The notes under the pieces were generated by a model. That model had not been told where the DNA came from and ran no database searches. It saw only the letters and a list, made by a program, of their open reading frames with translations. Below, in pieces: positions 11,309 through 22,083 of a DNA stretch of 64,000 bases (its first letter is position 1; the number at the start of each line of letters is the position of its first letter). The DNA is from Craspedostauros australis (Eukaryota). The DNA lies in contig JALAGF010003814.1 in NCBI GenBank assembly GCA_030167865.1, positions 1 through 64,000 on the forward strand. Direction: 5' to 3'. Both the position numbers and the translations under genes were made by a program.

Positions 11309-12216
11309 TTATTCGATGCTCTTGTAGTAGTCGGTCACGAACGGATGCTCTTGGACAGCCTTGAGCAAATCCGAAAGCGCTGGGTAGTTCTCTTGCACCC
11401 ATGTCTGCTCGGACCACATTGTACCGCACAATAGTACGGCATTATGTCGTCGCATGTTGTCGTGATCGGCATATTGTATCATACAATAGACGGGACCCGT
11501 TGGAGAACGGCGTGTGGCATTAGAGCAGAGAATCACCGTATATCAAACAAAAGCAAGGCAGAAGGAATGGGACATTGCAATGGGTCAGGTTTTTTGTTTT
11601 CGTCTGAGTAGATCGTGCATTCATTTGACCTGCATACTGACAGAGCTTGTCCACTTACCTTGGGAACGTAGTCGAAGAAGCCATTTTCGAGTGCCTTGAT
11701 GGTTCCAAGCGCAACGCTGAGATCAGCGATGGACAGATCATTGCCACCGATGAAGGGGCCATCGGACCGCTTCAAAATCTCATCAAGCTGGCCGAAGAAG
11801 GCTTTTCCCTTTCCAGCCATGTACTCTGGTCGGCTCTTCTTCTTTGCCTCCTCTTCCTTATCTTTCGGGAAGTTGGCTGCCATGTCCTGGGCCACGTCCA
11901 AAGCCTGGTCGATGCTCAGGCACAGCTTGGGGTCGTTGGGGTACAGCTTGGACGCAGCGCCCTCCACCGATTGTCCAAGCTTGCCAACGTAGCGCAAGAT
12001 GGAGAGGGATTGGGTGTACTCGATGTCACCAATCTTCAAGACAGGCACGCCAGTGGGGTACAGCCCTTTCTGCTTCATACCACCGTAGTCCGCTTTCTGC
12101 AGGCGAGTATCCTTGAAATCCATTCCGATGGCCTTGAAGGCGATGCGGATTGGCTCGGCGCGGCCTCCGTTGAAGTCGAAGTAGACAAGCTCGTGTGGTT
12201 CGGTTGGAAGACTCAT
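11309..12216 (-). CDS. Glutathione S-transferase, sigma-class-like, ~217 aa
   Basis: Exons 12216-11659 (donor GTAAGT) and 11404-11309 (acceptor CAG). N-terminal LVYFDFNGGRAEPIRIAF carries the catalytic Tyr. Other motifs: VPVL, QSLSILRYVGK, and C-terminal GNDLSIADL..YPALSDLLKAVQEHP. Confidence 0.93.
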
Positions 12217-13877
12217 CGTGAATTGTTGTTGTTGTGAAGGAGGTGAAGCGCTTGGTTGGGATTTGCGATTATGAGAGGAGATGGGATGGTTGCAGAGATC
12301 CTCCAGATTTCAAGGGCGGTGTCGGCAAGGCATGAAATCTTCGCAGAGGTTGCGCACGGTCACAGAGAGTGACACCAGGCATCAAGGGGTGCTGTTGTTA
12401 TCGATCACCGTGGTTGTCGTTGTGCTTGTTGCTGTTTTGGGCACCAACAGACAGAGAACACAACAGAACTTGTGCGGTAAGCAAATTGAACTCGGATGAA
12501 CCTTCCCGAATCCAACTGAACGACAGCGAACATCCTGGATGCGCCAAGCTGGAAAAGGCACTTCACGAATGATCCGAAGGGAATGTTGCGATGGACAGGC
12601 GGAACGGGTGTCACCAGGAAGCCCACCGAATCAGATCGAATTCGTTTACGGAGAGAGCCAAGGATCGGCCACTAGCAACCACCCACACAGAAGAATGGCA
12701 AACATGATAGATAGCAGGAAAGGGAGGTATTATACAATATAACACCATCACAATACGGAGGTGATGGATGCCCTGCTGACTTTGCGCCTGTCTGGATGGT
12801 GCTCACGCGGTGCCATCTTCGTCAGTGTTCATATTGGTATCTATGTCGATATAGTGACTGGCGCATAGGATGGGTTCACGAGGATATCTCTTTCATACTT
12901 TAAGCACTGTCGTGGGCGTTATTGTCGTGCTTTCGTTGATGGTGGCAGTTGACGTCAAACACTACAAAACGTTGCAGATGAATATGTTGTCTAGACACGA
13001 TCATATAGACGTTTCGTGAATGAAACAAACCATTAATCGTGTCTGAGACCTTGCGCATCGTGATTGTTGGCATCTGCGTGACGTTGACGATCTTGTTCGC
13101 AGCACATCATCATCGTCGTTACATACATCTTCGGAGCCGAGATCATCTGATGTGCTGTGGGACGATTGTCGAAGATCGAATGGGGCGGCATGAATCCTTG
13201 CCTTCCGATCCCTGTCGATACGGGGGACGATGGATGAATGATGGATGAGCGTCAAAGGAAGAAAGCCAAGCTCGGAAGACATTCCGAAGGTTCTGCGACG
13301 ATCCCTGAAGGTGGACGACCAGCATTGCAAGTTGCCATGCTGGATGTGGAAGAGGAATGCATTGAAACGACAACCGGCGAGGTGATGGATGAGCGTCGTC
13401 GCCAGTCTCTTGGACGCAAGGATCAACCCCAACGAGGGGATTACTTGGAATGGAACGTAGCCAGGCGCTGGGCACACAAATCTGCATGAGAAGACATACC
13501 ACCACATTAGAAGGATGCAGGTGAAATTCCTTCGACGCTCTGCTCTACTCAATTGCGCTTCACCTGTGTCTGCGCAATCCGGCTTCCCTGCCATCGCGAA
13601 ATGCTCCGCGCGCTTCTTCAAGTTGGCTATGGCCATGCATGGTGTGGACAACGGAAGTCCAAGAAGCACTCCACAGAGAGAGGAGAGCATTCTACAAGGA
13701 AACACGCATCACGAAGTCGGAAGAAACCAAGGACGAGTTCCTATCCCGTACGTATCCACTTGCTCGTACGCCCCCACATTGCCACAGATGACACCTGGCA
13801 ACCAGAGAACAACATTCCTCTTGTGGACGCTAAATCGTTTGGGACGAACAGAAAATGCGTTATGAATTGTTTTAAAA

Positions 13878-15662
13878 TCACAGCTGATGTGCTCGTCTTT
13901 GCCGAGGTCGTCTGTGTGAGAAAGTTGTGCGGCGTTGATAGAAGCATTCCTGCAGGATACCGTCGATGAACAAGCCCAGGATGAGGAGGCCGATGATCGT
14001 GCGAGTCAGAGACCAGGAAGCTGGATTCGGTTCTTTGTGATGATAGAGCGATACCTCGTCGTCGTCGCGCAGGGTGAATCGGTTTTGCTTCCACGATGGA
14101 TTGGACGTGTATTCCATTTGGAGTTGTTGCTCAGGGTCCTTGCCGAAGGTTGGGAGGTCATGCGGCATGGCTCTGGCCATCGCCATGTTGCGTCGGACTT
14201 GGTTGGGTGAAGTGCTCTTGTTCTGGGTTTGCGACTTGGTTGGCGCCGCGTCCGCGATCTTTGGGAAGTGGATCTTGGGAAGCGGCGGAGGTGCGATGGC
14301 CTTCTCATCGACCTGCTGCACGGATCCGATGGGCCCGTCATGCGCCGTCGGTTTGCGGATGAAGAAGTGCGTGATCTCTTCATGTTCGAATGGGTCGGTG
14401 AGAGGTTGCAGGCTGCGTTGACCATTGCCGTGGATGAGGACGTCGGCGTGCGAGATCGCAAGCATGCACATGACGCAGATTGCGCACATCATGCGGAAGT
14501 ATCTGAGCGCTGTCGCGGATCGCTGCATGATGACGGAGCGGAACTGCGGCGGCGATGATTGCGTTGCGTCCAGCGGCGTCAGCAAGGGTGGAATGAAGAC
14601 AGCCTGCGGGGATATGATGCGCATGTCGTCGTGGTGTTGCTGGTCCTGTTCCGCATCGTCGCGCTGCAAGTGGGCCCGCCTCGAATGCATCTCGACCTCC
14701 GCTTCCGTGCTGGAGTACGATCTGCTGCGTCGCAGATGCTGCGTTGACATGCGGTGCGGTTCGGAATCCATTTGACGATCGACGTCGCACATGCTCGTGT
14801 GTTCGAACGGGCGATCATCCTGGTGTCTTTGCCACCTTGGAGGGAAGTCGCTGCGTCGTCCGTGCGGTTGCAGCGTGCGCTTGCGCCTCCTCCTTTGGTG
14901 GTGGATGCGAGAAGGCGTTCCATGGTATTCCGGCATCTGCAAAAGAGAATCATCGAGATCCAAAGAGCGATGGTGTCGCGCTTGGGTGAAGGAACGAGGA
15001 GGTGTGTGCATGTGCGTGTGGGCGTGGACATGAGCACGACGGGTGCTTGCATGAGTGTTGACATGAGTGTTGGAGTCCGTTGTGTGGTCAGGGTGATGAT
15101 GCCGATGACCTTGGCGAACACGGGGGAGGACAAGCGGGGAAGATCTTGGCGATAGCTGCGCGGGAGAGTCTCGCCGGCGATGTTGTCGATGATTGTGCTG
15201 GGCTGCTGCTATGCCTCCAAACGAAGCTGGTGCATTGCGGAAGGACGGAGAGGCAGGTCCAGCTTCATCTGCGTTGATGTATTGTTGTTCTGTTCCATGT
15301 TCACGTGCATATGTTTGTGCATACATTTGAGAGTCTGTTTGTGTATCTGTTTGGGTATCTGTTTGAGGATGTGGAGGGAAGGTGGCGTCGCCATCCGACC
15401 ACGTGTACCTTCGATCCCTCCCAATGAACTGGCTTTGCCCTGCACTGCTGTTATGATGCTCATTGGCGTACTGCTCGTTGGTGAGATGAGGAGGAAGAGG
15501 ATCCCTCTCGTCATCGGTCATGTGTCCGCTTTCGACGTCGTCTTCGTCGCTTCCGAAGTGCTGCTGATGGATTGGGGATGAAGCTGGTGTTGCTGGCATT
15601 GCTGCTGAAGAGGGTTCTCCATCGCAGTCATGCTCCCAGGTCTCGTTGCGTTGCATTGTCAT
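13878..15662 (-). CDS. Hypothetical membrane protein (disordered His/Arg/Ser-rich N-terminus, two hydrophobic segments), 594 aa
   Basis: 594-codon ATG-initiated ORF. Hydrophobic segments: MMCAICVMCMLAISHA and TIIGLLILGLFIDGIL. No recognisable domain. Confidence 0.65.
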   Translation of the reverse strand: MTMQRNETWEHDCDGEPSSAAMPATPASSPIHQQHFGSDEDDVESGHMTDDERDPLPPHLTNEQYANEHHNSSAGQSQFIGRDRRYTWSDGDATFPPHPQTDTQTDTQTDSQMYAQTYAREHGTEQQYINADEAGPASPSFRNAPASFGGIAAAQHNHRQHRRRDSPAQLSPRSSPLVLPRVRQGHRHHHPDHTTDSNTHVNTHASTRRAHVHAHTHMHTPPRSFTQARHHRSLDLDDSLLQMPEYHGTPSRIHHQRRRRKRTLQPHGRRSDFPPRWQRHQDDRPFEHTSMCDVDRQMDSEPHRMSTQHLRRSRSYSSTEAEVEMHSRRAHLQRDDAEQDQQHHDDMRIISPQAVFIPPLLTPLDATQSSPPQFRSVIMQRSATALRYFRMMCAICVMCMLAISHADVLIHGNGQRSLQPLTDPFEHEEITHFFIRKPTAHDGPIGSVQQVDEKAIAPPPLPKIHFPKIADAAPTKSQTQNKSTSPNQVRRNMAMARAMPHDLPTFGKDPEQQLQMEYTSNPSWKQNRFTLRDDDEVSLYHHKEPNPASWSLTRTIIGLLILGLFIDGILQECFYQRRTTFSHRRPRQRRAHQL

Positions 15663-17841
15663 GGGTTGGATTGTGTTTGAAATGGATTATTTGTGGCTGC
15701 TCTGGTCTTGTTGTGCGATTGCTGGTGGAGGCGTTTGGGCTTCGGCTGCATGTGAACGCACACTCACACAGTGAAGTGAAGCGAAGTGAGGGAGAGAGAA
15801 GAACGGAAATAGAGTCGTTGGCGCGCGGAGTAGTCTCTACAGAGTGGTCGTACTCTGTGGACCAAGAAAAGCAGGCGAAATTTGGCGGGGCCGAAATCGT
15901 GCTTGGGCGATTTTGTGCGGAAATCGTTCTGTTGGTCTTGTCGCGATAAGGAGAGTATGGTCGCTGTGGCAGTTCGCATCAGTGTGTGCGATTGGGATGT
16001 CGTGCAGCTTGTAGCGGAAGTACTCTTCTTGTTTCCGAGCCTGTTTCTGGTGGTGGTGTTGCAAATAGCGATTGCTTCGTTGCCTCACGGGATGCGCAAC
16101 GGCGAGGTTGAGTATGTGCGAGGATGTAAGGCCGTGGTTGAGAAGCCCAAATGCATCAGAGCTTGCAGACCGGTCGAAGACGATGCAGAGTCGATGCTGA
16201 AAGATGGGGGCGCTGACTACGATCTACTATGCGCAACAATTGTGCCCAGCAATCCATCGATCGACCGATCAGTTGGTGGCTGGATTGATCGGCAGGTTGA
16301 TGTTTGCTTGTGTCGGGGCGCGAGCTGCCCTCTTTGGTTCAATGAAGATGATGCGTGACGCACAAGGAGGGATGTTTGTTGTTGTCGTTGTTGCTTCCTC
16401 CACCTTCCTCAATCAGCCTGTTTTTTTGTCGTAACGAACAGCGTAGATGCGGTGCTTTTATCGCATTCCTTGTGGAGGCGTTGGTGTCACCGCGACAGAG
16501 CGAAAATACGTCCCAAAGCGAGCACTCAACCACGTATCAGCAAGGGGAAAGAGGCGATACACGTACCAGCCAGCCTTCCCCACAAGGCCAAGGGAAGCGT
16601 GCGAGACACGCGCTGACGTTCTGTATCACGTTCTTTGTGACACGGTCGCTGTCATTTGATCCGCCCCGCGAAGACGAAGGAACCGCGATACGACTGGATT
16701 GGTCTGTGTGCCTGTCCCTCATTCTCACCGCACAACACAAAACAGAGTAGCGCGCGTCGTTGTGTGTGGTCATGTCACTTCACTTCGAGTCGTACTGACA
16801 CGGACATTGATTAATTTAGCACATCAACTTAACGTCGAAAGTCACAGATTGGGACAAGTCCCGCATGAGTTGCTCCGTCTTGTGTGTGGGAAGGTGATGT
16901 GGATCACCTCACCTTTTCGCGCGTCTTCCTCCCTTGCTACACCGTTTCTCCATCTTTTTGGCGTTGTTTTCGGAGTCACAACGTCCCGCCCAAAATACTC
17001 GCATCTCATGCATGTGCAGGTATGAGGGCAACGCGATCGATGTTGCCCCAAACAGCCTCACTTCTGCCAACTCCATTCCTTCTGTGTGCCTTGTTGGAGT
17101 TGGACATCACCGAAGACAGGCAGAGCGTGTGTGTGTGTGAGAGAGAAGGATGGAGTTGCGATACTCCATTCCATTCAATTCCATCACGAGTTGGCGGAGA
17201 CGGAGGGAAGCCTCTCTGGATACGGCATGTTCACTCTCCCAACGTGAGGTATCGTTTTAGACACATCAGCAATCACCTCCATGTGCCAAAGCACAAGTGC
17301 GCATCAAGTTTCCTCTTCTGCGCTTGGATTGATGAGAATTAAACGCCTGTATCATTCCTAAATCTATTCTACAATCGCAAGCCTACAATTCACGGGTATC
17401 CGTGACTTGATTGATCTCAAACACTGAATTGCCATCACGACGAACACTACCAAGCAGATTCGGACGTTATTACCGGTTATTTGAGCGTTAGGCTGGGCAC
17501 TTGCAGCTGAATCGTACGCAGCAGAGTAGAGACCACGTGAGAGGTAAATGACTCGTGCCTTGAGCTCATAATCCGTTGTTTACTTCCAATTCCATGCCTT
17601 TTCCCAGTCGGAGAGTTTGCTACGATGCGTTGGGCGACCAGGAACGATGACCGATCACGCAACTTAGTTGTGTCTTTCCTCACAACCTCACAACCCCCCA
17701 GCAAGCCGTTCTATTCCATCCCAGACATCACCATCACCATCTCTGGTCTGGCCTGGCTACTGTGGGTGCCATACATACATCTATCCAACGCCAACGCCAA
17801 CACTGCTGACACCAACACTGTCGACGCTGAGACTGCGAAAC

Positions 17842-19732
17842 ATGATGCAGTCCACGCCCGTTCGAAGAAAGCTGTTCGCCGGCGGCAGCAACCAGCGGAA
17901 CAAATCTGGGAAGCTGTCGCTCACGCGCGTCATCCTGCTGGCGGTCTTCGTCATGCTGCTGAGCTACGTCGTGGCCTTCTTCGTTCTCGTGAGACAGAGC
18001 CCGGCTGTGCCGTCGGCGCAATCGCAGTTCGCATCCAACATCCGACGCTACTCAGCCCAAGATTCGTCATCTGCCAAGGCCATGCATCAGGAGATGCACC
18101 AGGAGCTGCGCCAACCGCCGCAGTTGGATGCGCATCATGATGATGGATCGCAGGAGCACCACTTTGTCGAGCACCACACGGGGCATTCCGACGACAACGA
18201 TCACATCCAACATCGTGCTGCGCCCAATGACAACGCAGCCTCGCATGACAACAGCCCGGAAGAAGATGGCAAGGCCAGGGATCCGCTCGAGAATGAACCT
18301 CCGGACACGCCCAGTGATGATCATCCGCAGGATGTCAAGCACGACGATGGTGCTGCCCAACACAACAACGCCGTGAAGGATGCAAATGGTGAGCCCATCA
18401 GCATCGGATTTGCCGTCACGGTCACGGGCTGCGGCCCCGATCCCATCACGGAAGGCGCCGCCGTTCTGAAGCACGCGATCCACCTCGTGTCGTCGCATGG
18501 CAGCGGCAGGTACGATTACCAAATGTACGCCATCTACCATCCCGACGGCGAACGCTGCGCCTTGCCATTGAAGCAGCTGGGATACACGCTGTTGAAACGA
18601 GACACGCCCGTGGCCGTCAAGGATATTCAGGGCGACTTTTTGCGCGAGAATATCGAGAGGAATGGGTGCTGTGGTGAAAAGGAGCTGGTCAAGCTGGAGG
18701 CCTACACATTGACGCAGCATCCGGTCGTCGTTCACTTGGATTTGGATGTCGTCATCCTCAAGCCGATGGATGCCCTCTTTGATTGGATGCTGGCCAACGA
18801 CTCCCAGGCCCACGATACCAGCGACGTTCCCATCATGTGGCCTGATATGCCCAAGCCAGACCAAGTCAACGCCTTCTTCACGAGAGATTGTGAGTGTTTT
18901 TGTTCTACTTTGCTTTGCTTCATGTGGCTTGACGTGACTTGACGTGGCTTGATGTCTGTCTTGCACAACGATTCATTGTACCAAGCCGACGTCCTCGAGA
19001 ATGAAATCGATGCTTTGACTCATTCCTCCTGGACACAAGTCACGTGGTGTTACTCCGCCATTCTCCAATGCTCACACATGCAACTCCGCACCCACTCTGC
19101 ACCATCCATTCCCCATAGACAACATGGTCCAGCCATTCAAAAAGTACAAACCTTGCCAAGGCGGTTTCCTCGCCCTGCGCCCGGACCTGAAGGTTTACAA
19201 CGAATTCGTGGACATCGTACGCGAAGGCCACTTCACCAAGGGCGGCGGCTGGGGCGGCAAGGTGGGTCCCTTCTACGGTTCCATGACCTTCCAGGGCATC
19301 ATCCCGTACTACTACGACTACCTGCACCCCAACCAGGCCGTCGAACTGAACCGCTGCATCTACAACCAAATGGCCGACAACCCGCGCGTCGGCAAGACCA
19401 TCAACGACATCGTGAGTGGCAAATGCCGCACGAACCAAGACGAATGCGAGGACTGCCGCAGCCGCCCGCTGGAGGAAGTGGTGTCGGCCCATTTCACGCT
19501 GTGCCAGAAACCGTGGACCTGCACGCCGCAGGACGGCAACATCATCCAGCAGCGACTGTGTCGCAAGCTGCATCACCAGTGGTTTCGGATACGGTCCGAT
19601 CTGGAGCAGACGTGGGGCCGCAGTGGCGTTGGAGACGGCAAGTTCGATTCGGATCACTTTTACGGCCATTGCAAGGGTCGTGGCAAACGAGGTTACGCGT
19701 CGATCCAGGAACCGTTTGGTGAATCCCTGTGA
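17842..19732 (+). CDS. GT-A fold glycosyltransferase, family 8-like, type II membrane protein, ~553 aa
   Basis: Exons 17842-18889 and 19119-19732; the GTGAGT..TAG intron joins FFTRD-Y-NMV in frame. N-terminal TM is VILLAVFVMLLSYVVAFFVLV. LVKLEAYTL..VVHLDLDVVILKPMDALF contains the DxD motif; QGGF and HFTLCQKPW follow. Confidence 0.85.
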
Positions 19733-19967
19733 TGATACTACCACGAGTACAAGGATGTGTAAGGATTATGGTCGGATAGCACCACAACAGTTGTCATCTA
19801 TTCTATAATAATACGAGGAGGAACACACTGTTCAAGTATATGTTCAAGTCGAGCACACAGGAGCAATTCATGGTGTGTGACATACACTACCGCATTATAC
19901 CACACCATGCCATACCATTACACACCACTAGTCCATGTAAATAGAATGCAGTGATGTTAGGAGTACG

Positions 19968-21185
19968 TTACTGCGACGTCTTGGTATTCAAAAATTCCAA
20001 CTTCTTGCCTTCGAATCCGGACCGTGACAACCGGCGATCATCCCCGCCGCGCCTTTGATTGGTGGGCGTGTCATCGGCCAGCACGATGCGCTTCTTGCTG
20101 AGGTTGGCCCCGGCCTGACCACCCACCATGCGCTTCTTGAGGTTGTGATTGCGGATCTTCTGACGCTCGTCCATCTTGTCCTTCGTCTGGTCCGTGCGCG
20201 TCTTCCAGGCCTTGGCGGACTTGGCCTTCTGGGCCGCCTTGCGCTTCATGGCCTTCTTGATCTTGGCGGGATCGTCCTTGACGCGTTCGCCGGAGGCCTC
20301 CTTGAAGGTGTCGCTCCATTCCATGGTCATGGCCTTCTGCTTGTCGGCGTCGTCCGTGCTGCGCTTGAGGCGTTCGAGCTTCTCGCGCTTGGCCTCGGCG
20401 TCGGCCAGCATCTTCTGCAGGTTCTTGGTCTTCTTCATGTTGGCCAGCGACTTGTTGTTCTTGTGGATGTAGTTGGCCGCGTTGTCGTTCGCGTTGAGTC
20501 CGGCCAAGCGGCCGAAGTCCATGTTGGCGAGGTCCTGCGCCATCGTGGCAGCGTCGTTCTTCTTGTTCTTCTTGCCGACCTGGAAGAGCTCGGCCGTGGA
20601 GGCGTTGTGCGACGACGACGTCTTGGTGTGGGCCGATTTCCTGTTCTTCTTGGCAACGGCTTCGTCCTGCCGTCGCTTCTTCTCCGCACGTCGCGCGGCG
20701 CGCTTGCTGATGGCGTTGGGATTCTCGGGTCGTTGCGATCGTTTCGATTCGATCTTGGCATGCAGCTTGGCGCGCAGGGCTTCGATTCGCGACATGTTGT
20801 TGGTCTTCTTGGCGCTGGAGGCCTTGTCTTCTTGCGGCGCGGCCGTCGGCAATACATCGCGACCGCCTTGCAGCCGCTTCTTGAGCTGCGTCGTGCTCTC
20901 CATCTGCTCTGGGTCCAGTCTGGCACGCTTCGCCTGTTTGGCCTTGGCGCGCTTGGCTTCCTTCGATTCCTTGGCCTGTCCGCGGAAGTACTTCTTGTTC
21001 TCTTTCACCTGGCTGTTCTCCTTCACGTGAGTGTTGTTGCTGTTGCTGTTGTTGCTGTTGCTGCTGTTGCTGCTGGATGAGACGTACACCTTCGCGGGGA
21101 TCATGTCGACGACGAAGTCGAAGAAGCCATTGTCCTCCTGCAGATCCAGCAGAACGCGGTGTTCCGAAACAGTGTTGGGTGCCAT
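19968..21185 (-). CDS. RRP14: Ribosomal RNA-processing protein 14 / surfeit locus protein 6 homologue, ~405 aa
   Basis: The N-terminal FFDFVVDMIPAKVY and KRARLDP match the RRP14 N-domain. The Lys-rich SURF6 C-domain reads W..ASGERVKDDPAKIKKAMKRKAAQKAKSAKAWKTR..RQKIRNHNL..RSGFEG. Confidence 0.9.
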   Translation of the reverse strand: MAPNTVSEHRVLLDLQEDNGFFDFVVDMIPAKVYVSSSSNSSNSNNSNSNNTHVKENSQVKENKKYFRGQAKESKEAKRAKAKQAKRARLDPEQMESTTQLKKRLQGGRDVLPTAAPQEDKASSAKKTNNMSRIEALRAKLHAKIESKRSQRPENPNAISKRAARRAEKKRRQDEAVAKKNRKSAHTKTSSSHNASTAELFQVGKKNKKNDAATMAQDLANMDFGRLAGLNANDNAANYIHKNNKSLANMKKTKNLQKMLADAEAKREKLERLKRSTDDADKQKAMTMEWSDTFKEASGERVKDDPAKIKKAMKRKAAQKAKSAKAWKTRTDQTKDKMDERQKIRNHNLKKRMVGGQAGANLSKKRIVLADDTPTNQRRGGDDRRLSRSGFEGKKLEFLNTKTSQ

Positions 21186-21189
21186 CGTT

Positions 21190-21248
21190 TGTCTCTTTCT
21201 CTCTTTCTCTCTCTCTCTGTCTGTGTCTCTTTCTCTGTCTGTCTGTGT
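21190..21248. repeat. (CT)n / CTGT-rich microsatellite immediately upstream of the RRP14 start
   Basis: tgtctctttctctctttctctctctctctgtctgtgtctctttctctgtctgtctgtgt. Confidence 0.8.
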
Positions 21249-22083
21249 ATTATAATAGGGATCAGTTGATGCGTTGGTCAGTTGGTGGCAAGTCAATGTC
21301 GGAGTGCAGTTATATGATCTTCTTGGAAACACAAGTCTCTTGGATGTTGTCACAGAAGCTTTCGATGGATGGAATGGACACAACAGATCGAGAAGCGGCA
21401 ATTGGGTGACGCCATCTGGTTGTGTGGCTTTCTTGGTTGACGATCTCTCTGTGTCACGGTCGTGTGCACAACACGGTTGACAACCATGGTTCCCAAACGA
21501 ATGGTTTTGTGCAGACGCTCTGTGGACACAGCGCGGGTGTTGGACAGACGCTTGTGATGTCGCAAGAGAGGCTTTTCAAGGAGAGCTAGAGAGAGAGGAA
21601 GTTGGAACGAAATGCACCAACCACGCTCACACGATACTGACAGAGACTACTCTGCGATGCTACCTATGGAACAGGACACACCATCATGTCCCTATTGCTG
21701 CTACGATATCACAGCATATCATATCATGTCATATAATACTGTACTATTATGCTCTATACTCAATGTAGTGCTCTCCAATCTCACGACATCCAACCACACA
21801 CCCACAAGTGCCAAGCGCGACGGCCGTCCAGTGTCTTGATCGACAAGATCTCATTCAAGAGACTGGCCAGCACAGTGCTTGATACTACGTACGTATGGGT
21901 GTCATTGTCGCTGACATGCGAGCAAGCGCACCTGCCTCCAAATCTACATCCTCTACTCCAAAGTGGAGCAGAATTCTCTCGAGTGCACGCATGGCATGCG
22001 GAATACACGCCCATCTCACTGTCCATTGCTCATGTACATGTACCTGTACATGCACCATACATATTGGCCGTCCAGTTTCAACC

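Noticed and set aside
20055..21080. 341-aa plus-strand ORF
   Set aside because: Antisense shadow of RRP14/SURF6; the reverse complement of Lys/Ala codons gives Leu/Gly-rich text.
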